Shown here piece after piece: positions 24,823-38,995 of a stretch of 64,000 bases of DNA; the stretch's first letter is position 1; each line of letters begins with the position of its first letter. Source of the stretch: Eledone cirrhosa (lineage: Eukaryota); the NCBI GenBank assembly GCA_964016885.1, contig OZ024745.1, positions 82,398,001-82,462,000 of the forward strand, written 5' to 3'. The notes under the pieces were generated by a model, which saw only the letters and a list, made by a program, of their open reading frames with translations, was not told where the DNA came from and did not search any database. The translations under genes were made by a program, and so were the position numbers.

Positions 24823-25585
24823 GACGCACGTGGTGGATAGAATGGTATGAAATATCTCCCGTAAGTTTTGGATTTTTAATATATTTAAAACAATTGTGAT
24901 ATAACAATTCTTAGTACAAATGATACATAAAGCTCCAGACTCAACTCTCAGAAAATTCGGATCCATAATATCTGTTATATCGCTCAAATATTCAATTTTG
25001 TATTATAAATTTTATATTAAAAAAAAAATGTCTATAAATGGAAGAAAACCCCCTCTGTCTACACTATATAGAACAGCCAAATAACAGCAATTTCACCAAC
25101 ACCACAAACTAGATACACCACCTATCCCATCACCCCTCTGTGTACACTAAATACAACAGCCAGATAACGGCAATTTCACCACCACCACCACCACTACAAA
25201 TCCCAACATAATAATAATAATTACTATTATATCTCAAGTTTTCTCAAAATGTTTAATTCAAATATTAGGTTAATATGTCAACACATATATTAAACATACG
25301 CGACAAACCGCATATATACACAGATCAAACAAACGCATACTATCTACAGTCTATTCAACAAAACTCAGTAACGACAACGCCATCACTATAGTCACCGCCG
25401 CCACCACTCCATCCATCATTGTTACCACTATCCCATCACCGCCGCCACCACTCCTTCATTGCTACCACCACTATTCCCCCACTACATTCTGTTAACTTAA
25501 GAAAGGGGTAGGTGGCAGTTTCACTAGACAAGGGAGAGGCTAGCAAAATATATAAATAGACTGCCTTAGTGACTCGGTCAAACGT
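24823..25585 (+). mobile_element. Unit X', diverged homolog of 20537-21100
   Basis: Shared ACGCAC.TGGTGGATA...CTCCCGTAAGTTTT...TTTAAAACAA.TGTGATA start and ATATAAATAGACTG...CGGTCAAA end. Confidence 0.5.
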
Positions 25586-25809
25586 CAACCACTATGGCAC
25601 TGCTGGGTCCCCCCTTCCCCACCAACAATAGAAAAAGCCCCAGCACCACCACCGACATAGCCAACAACAATAACAGGCAACTTCAGCAAAAAGTATAATA
25701 TATTATTAATAATAATTTCATTCTTAAGCCACGCAATGCTTACATTAAGGAACCACTCATGATAATAACAATTTAAAAAACAACAAAACAGAAAACTCGT
25801 GACCAAGAA

Positions 25810-28800
25810 ATACCGGGTGGCGGCCGGCGGGGAATAGCCGTGTCTCTAGGGGAGGACGACTCCTCTAGTCTTGGTTGACACTCGTCCTAGAAGTGGTAAC
25901 ACGAAATGATTACCCCTTGGCGGTTAAGGATAAAACGCGACAAAATAAAGTAAATGTCAAATGATAAAATCTCATACCGGATCGGCAGTCACCCGGCTCA
26001 AAAAGGGCCGCGTCCCTCAGAGAGGAACCAGACTAGGGTCGAAAAATTAGCTAATGGTTCAAACCTTCCCATCACTTCGGAGCTGGAGACCTCCCATAAC
26101 CGGAATACTCCTACTGTTGGCCCTCCAAGCTCACCACCAAGAAATCCAAAGAAAAAGAGAGAATAATGGTCAAGGGAAGACAATAAAGAAGTCCTTGAGG
26201 CTTTCTACGCTGCCATGTACTACCCATAAAATATATCGAATACAGAACAGACATATATAAACTGGAAAAAGAAACATCCCGAAAACAGAGGCTATATTGA
26301 CAGTAACAAACTAGCCAATATACGAAGAAATATTGTTAAAAAAAAGTTACTAACATATAGAAATTGATCAGATCAAGTTATTAGCACAAAGTCAGCGAAG
26401 GGAAAATGAAACATGTCAGTGAAAACGAGGTAAAGTGTAACACTTCGAACCCCAGGGTTGGGGCGGAATCATTGACAACAGAACAAATTAAAGAAAGGAT
26501 CGAAAAAGTGGAGGGAGTGCATGCTCAAGATGAAACTCAAAATGAAAACAATGAGATCGTAAATGATAAAGAAATGAATGAGAATGAACTTGCCAACTTG
26601 AAGGTTGAAATTATGATCGAATGGATGAAAATGAAAGAATCTGACATGGGGGAACGAGACACCCTCCTTAAGATCCAGAACTCCAAACAGAACCAAAAGA
26701 TAATACACAAGACTAACATAATTCTCAAAAACATTATCATCACAAACAAACTAAACATTACAGATTTAAATCATCTCTATTATGCATCGGCTAAAGTCAC
26801 CACTCACTTATGTGGAGTGAAAATGAAAAAACAAAGGAATTCCCACAATAAATCTACTTGGCAAGAGAACATCAATCGCCAAATAAACCTTCTCCGATCT
26901 GACATAGAAATTTTAACAAACTATAAAGGAGGTGAACATGTTAAACAAACTAAACTTAGAAAATTGAAAAGAAAATACAGTATAAAATCAACAAGTGACA
27001 TAGTCATGCTGATAGAAATAATCAAGCAAAAAGTGTCGGCCAAAGCTGCTCGTATAAGGCGCTTTGAAAAACGATCTAGATTCTATAAGGACAATAATAT
27101 GTTCAAAAACAACCAATGAAACTTCTAGAGAAAAATTGGCAAGTCAACAATAACTGCTAAATCAATACCACCCAAGGAGGAAGTGCAAGAATTCTGGGAA
27201 AAGATCTGGGCCGAAGAAAAAGTTCATAATATACATGCCCATGGATAGACAGACAAATGAAAGATACAGCTCACCTTGAGGAACAAATATGAGAAAATAT
27301 AACAATTGAACAGTTGCGTTTGGCTCTTAGAAAAACCAGCAAATGGAAATCCCCAGGAAAATACAAAATACCAAATTTTTGGATAAATGCCTTCACAGAG
27401 TCTCATGAGCTGTTAGCCCAACTTTACAATGAACTAGTTAAGGAGCCAGAAAAGATACCATCATGGCTAGTTAACGGCATTACATTCCTGCTTCCGAAGA
27501 ATGATGAGACAAACAATCCCAAAAATTACAGACCGATAACTTGCTTGACCACAATGTATAAAATTTTAACATCAGTCCTAACTGAATATACATATGACCA
27601 CCTGATAACAAATGACCTATTTCCCAATGAGCAGAAAGGGTGAAAATGAGGTTCATATGGCTGAAAGGATCAGCTTTTGGTTAACAAAATGATACTGGAA
27701 GATTATCATAATAGACACAAAAATCTATTAATTGCTTGGATAGATTATAAAAAAGCATTCGATAGTTTGCCACACAGTTGGATTGAAAAATGTTTAGAGA
27801 TTTTCAAAATATCTCCCGTTGTCAGGAGGTTCTTGTCATTCAGTATGAAGACATGGAAAACAACACTCCTTTTGAATAGTGAAAAGGAATCACATGGAAG
27901 CTGGAGAAGTTAATATTAATTGTGGAATTTTTCAGGGTGACTCTTTATCACCGCTTTTATTCTGCATCGCACTTATACCATTAAGTAAAGTGCTCAATGA
28001 AACAAAACATGGATATAAAGTCTATGACAAAACCATTAATCACTTGTTCTACATGGATGACCTGAAACTATTTGCAAAAAATGATGAACAATTGCAAGGG
28101 CTATTATCCACTGTGGAGCAGTTCAGTGATGACATTAAAATGGAGTTTGGACTAGATAAATGCGCCAAAGCAACGTTCACCAGAGGAAAGCTGCTGAAAA
28201 GTTCAGACATTAATCTTGATCGGGGGAATGTGATAAGAGAACCTGATCAAGAGGAAACTTACAAATATCTAGGTGTTTGTGAAGGAGACGGAATCAAGCA
28301 CTCGACAATGAGGGAAAGGATAAGGAAGGAATGTTACCGCAGAGTAAGAGCAATCTTAAGAGCAATCTTAAGAACGGAATTGAATGCAAGGAATAGGATC
28401 GATGCCATAAACACGCTTGGCGTACCAGTAGTAACCTACAGTTACAATGTCATCAACTGGTCAAGTACAGAGATCCGTAGGCTCGATACAAAAATTAGAA
28501 AATTCTTAACCATGCCCAGAATGCATCACCCTATGGAAGATACAGATAGAATATATCTCCCTAAGAAAGAAGGAGGACGTGGGTTAATCCAGTTAGATAT
28601 TGTGTTGAAAACTGCAACAATTGGATTATCTACATATCTAAGGGAATCACATGATTGGATGATCAAAGTCGTTTTGAAACACGGAAGCATCAAAAGATCA
28701 TACTCCATTACAAAAGATGCACAAAGATACAGTAATGGACTACTAATTTCAGAAGTCCCATTTACTGCTGAAATGGAAAACACAGAAAAAGCAAAGCAGG

Positions 28801-29727
28801 TAACTGCAAAGAAAGAACTGCTACAGAAACTGACTAAGAAATGACAAGAAAAGCCTCTGTATGGAAAATACCCAGAAAGAGATAACAATCATGATGTTGA
28901 CAAAACTTTAACCCATCAGTGGTTGGCATCCTCTGGATTGAAATCTGAGACTGAAGGACTGATTATATCAGCACAAGATCAGTGTCTGCCAACAAAAAAT
29001 TACCAAGCCAACATAATAAAAAATGGATGCAACCCATTATGCCGTGTATGTAAAAAAGAACCAGAGACCATTGATCATATAATTTCAATGTGCAGTCCTA
29101 TAGCTCCAACCGAATACCTAAACAGGCATGACAGAGCTGCATAATACATACATTGGATAATGTGTAAGCATTTTGACCTGCCTCATCAAAAGAATTGGTG
29201 GGAGTATCAACCACCTCCCATACTTGAAAAAGATCACATCTCAATCTTGTGGAACTTTAGCATCAAAACAGACCGAAAAATAGAAGCAAATAGACCTGAT
29301 ATAATACTGAAGGACTTTAAAAAGAGGGTATGCCTGCTAATTGATATGTCCGTTCCAATAGACAAGGATGTATCTATAAAAACATTTCAAAAATTGAGCA
29401 AGTATAAGGACCTGGAGATAGAAATTGGAAAAATCTGGACATTGAGAACTAAAACATTACCAGTGGTTGTAGGCGCTCTACCAATGATACCTAAGGGGTC
29501 TAATGATTACTTATCGCAAATCCCAGGAAACCCGCGTATAGGAGAAATACAAAGATAGTACTAATGGGAACTGCCCATATACTGAGGAAGATTCTGTCAA
29601 TATAAGTACATCACAAGTCTAAACACCTAAAGATGCATGTGTGTGTGTATGTATGTTCTTTCTTGAACATGGCGGACCTTGTTGTCTCTTGAGGTCACTG
29701 GTTGTGACTTGGTGATAAATGCAACTA
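25810..29727 (+). mobile_element. Full-length degenerate R4/Dong-like element (family 2)
   Basis: ORF remnants 25954-29603: [74 protein letters not shown]; (TAA)n tail. Confidence 0.93.
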
Positions 29728-29755
29728 TAATAATAATAATAATAGTAATAATAAT

Positions 29756-29910
29756 TATTTTTGATTTTGGCAGAAGCCCAGCAATTTTTAGGGGCGGGGG
29801 AAAATCGATTAAATCGACCCCAGTATGCTAGTGGCACTTTATTTTATCAACTTCGTAAGGAGGAAAGGGGAAGTTCAACTTGGCAGGATTTGAATTCAGA
29901 ACATAAAATG
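29756..29910 (-). mobile_element. Degenerate tRNA-derived SINE
   Basis: AATCGACCCCAGT...TTTATTTTATC...GGATTTGAATTCAG match the SINE consensus. Confidence 0.65.
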
Positions 29911-29914
29911 GTCA

Positions 29915-30430
29915 GGAAAAATATGGAAGGTGTGTGCAAAATCTCGAATCCTGCTTAGATATTACAAACTGTTAGACAGATACCGACTGGATTTCTCGAG
30001 TGCGCTAATAAGTCCCTGAGCTCACCGCATCAGACCATCCAGATCGTATCTAGGTAGGTTATTTCGTAGAGCAGTAGAAAGGAAGAAACTTAGAATGTCC
30101 AAAATTCAAAGTACTTGACTATACAGACCACCAATTTGTGATCTGTACGGTTACCGGATTAGCAAAGAAGTTAACCGTGCGTTGAGGCGTAGTATCATCA
30201 ACTCAAAAGGGTGGTTTTCCATGAAAAGGGTCACTCGAGAAAAATCCCTAAGGTTTAGTAAAGGACTAACGATATAAAAAACTAGAGTAGCCGGAGAGAT
30301 AGTCTGGAAGGGAGAAGAGGCATTTAGGAAAGGGAGCAAGATTGGCATTCGACCAATTTTTCAACATGGTACACGAAGGTGGCGTTGTCAGAGCTTGTGT
30401 GCGTTCACTGAAATATGAGGGATGAAGGGC
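29915..30430 (+). pseudogene. Old Tx1-like ORF2 fragment (end of endonuclease and linker)
   Basis: GACAGATACCGACTGGATTT, TCCAGATCGTATCTAG and CACGAAGG..GCGTTGTCAGAGC match copy B ORF2. Confidence 0.7.
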
Positions 30431-31869
30431 GTCTAACGTTTACCGAGAAATAGTAGACAAATCCATAATAACTAAGTTAATACACTGATAGATTATCGAT
30501 TCCAATTACTGTGCTCCTTTAATAGAAATTGGGAAGAGCAGTATAATCGATTATATGCGCCATATTACTAATGTCATAGATTCCAAAAAGATGAAAAAGA
30601 CAAATACTTCTGCTCTAAAGGAACCAGACCCTAAATATATGTAATTAAATGCTGAACATCATATTATCCATTGTTCAACCATTTAAGCCTGCCACCAGCA
30701 TGTGATTCCTTGACAATACTTACTTATGAAAAAGTAAAATATTAGTATTCAGATACGTTATATATATATACTTAGGATTCTGATAGAAACCATCGGCTTC
30801 TGATTCTTTAACAATACTTACTTATGGTAGGGGAAAGTAATAGTGCTGAGATCTGATATCTTATTATATACTCGGACTTATGAAAGTAGACTTCATTGGA
30901 GTTTAAAGTGAAATCTGTGAATCATGGCAATTATTGTGATTAAATAGTCTATGCATTAGCACTATTGTCACGTAGTTCAAATAATTGTATTTGAAGTAGG
31001 CATGAAGTCAATGTATTTTATAACAAGTACACAATGATTTCTCAAGCGACAATCTGGTGAAATAAGTATCATTCATAGTGAAAATCGCAAGATGACAAAC
31101 TATTGGCGCTTCTCCAATAGATTTATCGTTGAACACATCTGGTCTCTTAAGTCCCAGAGCCAACATCATACTTACTGCGTTGGGAATGGAGATCGCTTGA
31201 TGCAAGAACGAGACACTTAAAGTGAATTGACACTTTTACCGCATTTCTAACAGTATCGTACAGGGTAACGGGCTTGCTATTCTGTCCGCCGAGGCCTTGC
31301 AACAATAACAAACTTCTAAAAGTGATGTCCATTAAGAAAGTGTTATTGGACGAGTATTAAAATACTAAATATTTAATGTATTTTTTTTTTGAAAATTTTG
31401 ACAATATTTTATTCTGTTAATATAGGGAAGATCAACAGCTGAGGTAAGATTACTGAAGAGAAACAAGATTTCCTGAAGTTCACAATTCACCGATACATCA
31501 TTACTCCAATATATGAAACAACAATTTTGTTCGCTATTTAAAAACGACGCACGTGGTCATAACAAAGGTTTTTTTAATAAGATCCCCTGATCTGTTGGAA
31601 ATAGCAGCTGAATTCCGCTCCAATTACAAACTGCTGTCTTAAGAAAAAACTCACATAAATTTGGTAATGCAGCGCTAGTTATTCTGTAGTTGAAAGAAGA
31701 AAGACAGGATGGTCACGATAGGAACGTATTAGATAATAAAACTGATTGATAAAGGCCTGACGAAGGGGACTAAACAATAACAACGATATGATGCGAACAT
31801 TTTATATCAAAAATTCTCCTGCATCGCTGTGTTTACTATTTATTATTGCACGCTATTATTTCTCCAGTA

Positions 31870-32250
31870 TTGGATTGGCAGTGGATTGGCAGTATCGGTA
31901 GAGGGTCGGACGCCATGCTTTCCAGCATAGTTACGCCCCTTTACGATCTGAGTTCAAATCCCGCCGAGGTTGACTTTGCCTTTCATCCTTACAGGGTCGA
32001 TAAAATAAAGAACCAGTAATGCACTGGGTCATTGCTGGCCTTGTGCCTAAAGTAGGAACAATTATTTTTCCAGTATTGGTAGAGGGTCGGACGCCATGCT
32101 TTGACGCATAGAGTTACGGCCCTTGTGATTCTGAGTTCAAATCCCGCCGAGGTTAACTTTGCCTTTCATCCTTACGGGGTCGATAAAATAAAGTACCAGT
32201 AATACATTGTGTTACTTGCTGGCTTTGTGCCTAACGTAGAAACAATTATT
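31870..32250 (+). mobile_element. Two tandem tRNA-derived SINEs (31870-32066, 32071-32250)
   Basis: Two head-to-tail copies of the main family. Confidence 0.9.
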
Positions 32251-33069
32251 TCTCTTTTCTAAAATGTTTTCACTTCCCCATTGTCAACCACCAAACGCAA
32301 TTCTCTCTTCCAAAATATCAATCAGTTCGGTTTTACATTATCGTTTCGTTATTTTTCTTTTGCTTCTAGTCTATTTATCTAACATGTGTTTTTGGCATGC
32401 GTATAGAATATTTCTTGTGTCAGTTTCAAGCCACCGACATGACCTTTCGGAAGAGAGGTCAGATAATTGTCTACTTAACCATGTAGAATGGACGTCTTTT
32501 CTACAATTGAATACTATTGAATAGGACAGCTCTTGAGAATAGAGGACGCTACAATATAAAAATGTATGTTACTATTTAAATAGTAAGTTACCACATAAAA
32601 ATGACATAAAGAGGGAGAGAGAAGTTAACTCATAATTAAACACTACTACATATATGAATCTTTAATAATATATATTTAGATATCTTGCATTAGTATATAC
32701 TGTATTAAAATATCGGAGAATTTATACATCTATCTATGTTTTTAGTTGTACGTATGTATGCATGTTCTTCTGGTTTTATAATTTCACAAAGTTTTGGCAA
32801 GAGAGAGAGAATCGGTTTCTAACATAGACACAAGACTCTCTTATTGGAATTTACACAATATCAAGTAGGTAGATATGTCTGCATGTCTGCATGCATGCAT
32901 GTGTGTGCAGGTATGGATGATGTTATTGTATATGTGGATGTGTATGTATTGAGTAATATGTGCATGTGCATATGCTTTGTATCTGTACAAGTCTATATGC
33001 AGTTATTAGATGCAGACGTTTTGGAATGCTTTACATATTTTTACTGTTCCATTAATGGAGTGTACTTGT

Positions 33070-33440
33070 AATTTCCTAACTAGTCATGTTCTTTCTGTTT
33101 CTGTGAAGCCCAGCTTCTCAAGATTTGTACTGAGGCAGTTTCTGAAGGTATAGTCAGAGTCGAGTATCTGTAGAATTCTCATTAGTTCTGCATAGATTTT
33201 CTCCTTTTCGCTATTCTGTAATATTATATTCGCATCTGCTGGACAGCTAACTTCCATTACTGTGCATCCCTTCTTTTACTTGTCCCATATCATTATATCT
33301 GGTCTCTTATGCCTGCATTTTATTGTTTTTTTTTACTGGAACATTCCACCACTACTCTTTCATATTATGTATATGTATGTCTTCCACATTGCTGTTGCTT
33401 TTAATGTGTTTATTGTCGGGGATATCTTTTCTACAGATTG
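33070..33440 (-). pseudogene. RLE endonuclease fragment of a third R4/Dong-like family
   Basis: Minus-strand translation WWNVPV..CRHKRPDIMIWDK.KKGCTVMEVSCPAD. Confidence 0.7.
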
Positions 33441-35116
33441 CATCGTACAGTGTCGTTGGCGACTAAACTGGCAACCCCACCAAGGTTTCTTGGTGAGGAG
33501 GGTGACTTTGGACATCTTGCAGGACTAAAAACAAAACCTGTCAAAGGGAAAAGGAACTCTTAAGAGTCAATGGCCATCCAAAATCACCGGGAGAGATGAC
33601 CCCTTAGCCTTTGTCAAGGCAGAATTCTAGGAGAAGGAAAACTTTGATATAACACCTGCAGCCCTGATGGTATCCAATGATGTTGACTTGTTCTTCTTTT
33701 TGGTAAATATCATCTTGGTTAAGAGAGTGGGACTGGCTTTGTGCAGTGCCTTTGCTCACTATAAAAGCTTCACGGCACAGGCATTGCTTTATATCTGGAG
33801 ATCTCTCTGCACTTGTTGTCACATGTTACCATGGGCCCAGCACTATGTGTCAATAATTGTCACAAGTGTAGTGTTTGTACCAGAGTTTTCAAGTCGCTGG
33901 CTGGACTAAAAAGTCACACTCGTTCAGCGCATCGGTAGGGGTTCTCCTACATGGATATAAAGTAGTGGCCGTACTCGAAAACAAGTTGGCAGCCACCATG
34001 TATGTATGTATGTATGTATGTATGTATGTATGTATGTATGTATGTATGTATGTATGTATGTATGTATGTATGCATGTATGCATGTCAGCTCGCTCTTCGG
34101 TGCTACTAGTAATATGTAACTCAGTACAACCTGTTCATGGTCGACTAAACCGGCAACCACACCAGGGGGTTATTTTGGACATGATGTGGGATGAAAAACA
34201 AAACTCGTCAAAGGGCGGAGAAACTCAGGAGAGTCAACGGTCATCCAATAAAGTTTTTTTTTAGAGGAGCGAGAGACTCCTAGTCTTCATTAAGACATCT
34301 CTCCCGGAGAAAGTCACTGGTATAAAGCCTATGACTTCATTTGTATCTAATGATGTAGACCAGTTCTTCATTTTGTGCAAATGTATTCGATGTTCAGAGA
34401 ATGGGATTGGCCTCGTGCAAAGCCTTTCCTCACTTAAAAAAGCTTCAAGCGCAGACATCGCTTGGTATGTTACATTTGTTGCGATGTATGTTATTGCTGG
34501 CCATAGGCAAGTCCCTAGCAGGACTAAAAAGCCACATCAGTGATGCTCATGCTTAAGTATCAAGCGATGGCATTACTCGAAATCGAGTTGCAGCCATCAA
34601 CATGTATGTATGTATGTATGTATGTATGTATGTATGTATGTATGTATGTATGTATGTATGTATGTATGTATGTATGTATGTAGGGCGGAAGAACTCATAA
34701 GATTCAACGGCCATCCAAAAGTGTGTAAATATGTATATACGCATGTACATATGCACGGGGACATAGAAATAGTAGGGCTGGACACCCGATCGTCCGGTTA
34801 AACCACTGGGAGTGAAGGACTCCTAGCCTTTGTCAGGGCATTCTTCTAGGAGCAGGCAACTCAGGAAACTGGGGTAACTCCGATATAAAACCTGCGGCTC
34901 AGTAGTTACCGATGATGTTGATCTTTTCTTCTTTTCGGGTTATAGCTACTGTCGCTCATAGAGTGGGATTGGCTCAGTGCACAGTCTTTCCTCACTTTAA
35001 AAAATATCTTGACACACAGGCATTGCTCGATAGAATTAATTAATAATTATTAATAATGGTATATCGTGCAATGGCCATACTCGATAACGAGGGGGCAGCC
35101 ATCATGTATGTATGTA
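33440..35116 (+). mobile_element. Three tandem ~0.4-0.55 kb non-coding RTE-derived elements, each ending in (TATG)n
   Basis: Units ~33440-33997, 34086-34600 and 34683-35102 share GAGTCAA.GGCCATCCAA, TAGCCTTTGTCA.GGCA..TTCTAGGAG(A/C)AGG.AACT, GAGTGGGA.TGGC and the 3' GGC..TACTCGA..ACGAG..GCAGCCA stem-loop. No ORF. Confidence 0.7.
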
Positions 35117-35272
35117 ACTTCAGAAGACAGACAGTTCAAGTGCCACATCTGTGAACGTGCTTGCAAAACAAAAGCTGGTCTTAAAAGTCATATACGTGCA
35201 CATGATCGTGTAATGTTCAATGAAGGGATAGCACTCTTCTGATACGAAGTAGCAATCAACATGTATGTATGA
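35117..35272 (+). pseudogene. RTE LINE 3' end with C2H2 finger and (TATG)n tail
   Basis: QFKCHICERACKTKAGLKSHIRAH followed by a 3' stem-loop like those of the upstream units. Confidence 0.75.
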
Positions 35273-35849
35273 AAGCCTCCAACCTCTATCGCTGGAATTT
35301 GAATAAAACCAAGCACCATAGGCTAAGCTTTAGAAAAGTTTTCTATATTTTTAATATTTTGCTGAGAATCCTATTTTGAAAAGAGTTTATTGGCTGAGGA
35401 ATTACTTAAGCTGACTATTCTAATGTTTCGAGACTGCCACTAACAGCTCCTTACACAACAAATGTTACTAATATCTAAAGGCATACCTGCACTTTTATAA
35501 TCTGGGTAAAGAAGTTGTAGATTTTGTATCTGTTAACCATAAAGCCCGTTTCTCACTGATTTTAAAAGCATTCTAGTCATCTGCCAGGCAGCTGATCTCT
35601 ATGTCTCTGAATAGATTGTCATTTCTGTCCTAAACAACTCATTTGGTTTGTACTTGGCCGAAGTCTTAATGGGTAGGTCTTAACAAGATTCTTCGTGTTG
35701 ATCTTTAATATCATTATCATGTTATCAACAGCTTGGATCCCGCAATCTAGCTTTTTCTTGTGTTGTTCTCATACCCTCGGATACTTTAAGCCTGTTCAAA
35801 GTTTGATATAATTAATAAATCATATAAACTATTTTAATTATTAGAAAAC

Positions 35850-36341
35850 AGAAATGAATCTTGTGTATTGACCGAAAGAACACAAATACAAGCAGCCGAA
35901 ATGAGATTTCTCTGAATGGTCTATGGACTAGCGTTACACGAGAAAGTGCGTAACTTGGAGAGCAGAGCGTCACTCCAGGTAGAGCCACTACTTCTCCGAA
36001 TTGAGAGATCACAGCTCCGATACTATTGGCGTGAGGCTAGAATGTCTCAGGAAAGAATCGACAAGAGACCCAGGGGTAGACTCTGAGCAAGATGGTTGGA
36101 TTACATCGATGAGCTTGGCTGGTCTCGCTTAGGGATCCAGCCGGATCAATTGGAGACGGTTGTTTCTGACAGGACCCGCTGGAAGGTGTCTTTGAGAATT
36201 CTGCGCCCATGGCCCTCTCAGGAATGAGAAGGAGAAGAAGAAAAAGAAGAAGAAGAAGAAGAAGAAGAAGAAGAAGAAGAAGAAGAAGAAGAAGAAGAAG
36301 AAGAAGAAGAAGAAGAAGAAGAAGAAGAAGAAGAAGAAGAA
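35850..36341 (+). mobile_element. RTE-clade LINE 3' fragment with (GAA)n tail
   Basis: IQAAEMRFL, IERSQLRYY, KRPRGR..RWLDYI; (GAA)n at 36227-36341. Confidence 0.75.
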
Positions 36342-37570
36342 ATGCTGATGCGTATTAAATATTCAATAATATGAGCATTCCATGTGTTTATTCCAGCGGT
36401 ATTATTCCTTGCGGATGGCATTGTGTCTTATTCTGACAAGCACTCCATGTTACATTGGAAGGTTGAATATTAACGATATTTTGAAACAAATAAAAAAAGC
36501 CTGGTGATAAAAAGACATGTTTTCAATGACTTATTGTTCTGATTATGTCGGCCGGCATGTAAGGGAGACAACTTCGGAAATGGTTCGGTTTTATTATACA
36601 TCCCCAATGAAGCATACTCATCACTTTCCTTGCCGCAATAGTGGTGGGAGAACTAATATATAAATGTACAACCCCGTGCATTAGTTGGTATAGAAAATTA
36701 GAATATTTTAGATAATAATTTATTCAAAAACTTCATGAACAGGAAAAAACAATAATTAAGTTAGTGTTTAAATATTTAATGTAGTAAACATTGAATTCTA
36801 ATTCTAGATAATTATACAATGTCGTAAAACAATAATCTCCTTTGCAGTATGCCTGGAATGCTATTTTAGAGTTGGTCTCTGTCTTTTCTTTATTGTTCTT
36901 TCGAAAGGAAATGCGTTAGTGGAAATTAAATGACTTTGCAGAGAAATTGCAATTAATTATATCATACATTTAAAGCTGCTACACAGTGCGCAAATGTAAA
37001 AACTATTACATTAATGAAACTACTACTACACCAATATATCATCCTTACTATTAACACATGGTTATAGAAGTTCAATTTCTTAATACTGACACTGTTACAC
37101 ACCCGCCAATATATCACGTGTGTCACTAAGTAGGTAAGAAAAGGACATTCACTGTCTTATGGATTCATGATATCTTCACTGAGATTCTCTTATTATTTTC
37201 TTCTAATACTGGTTTCAATCGATGGGCAATGGCAATGCGTAAGCAACGCAATCTAAGGCCTTCCATATATTTACCTTTAGTACAAACGACAACGCTACTA
37301 CTATTTTTCAAGTATAACCCATTGTGCTCCAAATGTTAGTCTCTTCTATTCCTACGGTAATTCAGATTATTGAGTTCTCCTACAAAACTAATGAACTATC
37401 CTGTGAAATAATTGTTGCCAATGCAGTATTCTTCGCCATTTCCGAATTTTACCTGATACTTTATTATCCCAATTCCTAATTTATCGACATTAAATCGGGT
37501 GAGATGGGTGGGATCTAAGCTCAAAATATAAAAGGAGTTATCTAAATACCTGGTTTATTAAGATTAAAAT

Positions 37571-37745
37571 AATTGTTTTTATTTTTGGCACAAAAGTGCA
37601 TTACTGGTGCTTTATTTTATCGAACCCATAAGGATGAAAGGCAAAGATAACCTCGGCGGGATTTGAACTCAGATTATAAAGGGCCGTAACTCTATGCTGC
37701 AAAGCATGGCATCCGACCCTCTACCGATACTGCCAATCCACCACT
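37571..37745 (-). mobile_element. tRNA-derived SINE
   Basis: Matches the main family. Confidence 0.85.
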
Positions 37746-38154
37746 CTTATTAAAATTAAAATAATAAAAAATAAAAGGCATCGCTGGAAACAAGATATCA
37801 CATAATAAATTAAGAAGAAACAACTAACCATTTAAACTGATCAAACTCTCTCGCACGATAAACGTTTAGTATTAAAATATTTGATATTAAAATTGTTCAT
37901 ATAGTAAAAAAAACCCAAACAACAAAATATTTTTTCTTATAAAAAAGATAATTTCTAATTTAGATACAATGCCAACAGCAGGGAAGGAGGTAAAATTACA
38001 TCGACCCACGTGAACCATGTTTTATTTTACTGGAAAGATCAAAGAGCAGAAACAAATGTCACAAACCATTTTACTCTCCACTCTAAGAATTCTGCAAACA
38101 ACCCCTTCCTTTCGATTTCACGGTCAGTATTATATTGTATAATATAATATAATA

Positions 38155-38755
<601 letters not shown>

Positions 38756-38780
38756 ATAATATAATATAATATTACACACA

Positions 38781-38836
<56 letters not shown>

Positions 38837-38995
38837 ATATTGTATAATATAATATATGCATTGTACTCGTCATCACTCATATTGTTTAATGAAGAAATTA
38901 ATAGGAAGAGATATGATGGCTGGAAAGAATGCCAAATTAAATTCATTTCACCCTTTAAGTATTTTTTAAAAGTTTATTTTAACAATATATTTAAT

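Noticed and set aside
31008-31332. Possible small minus-strand exon (GTAAGT donor near 31175)
   Set aside because: No recognisable protein and an ambiguous acceptor and frame.
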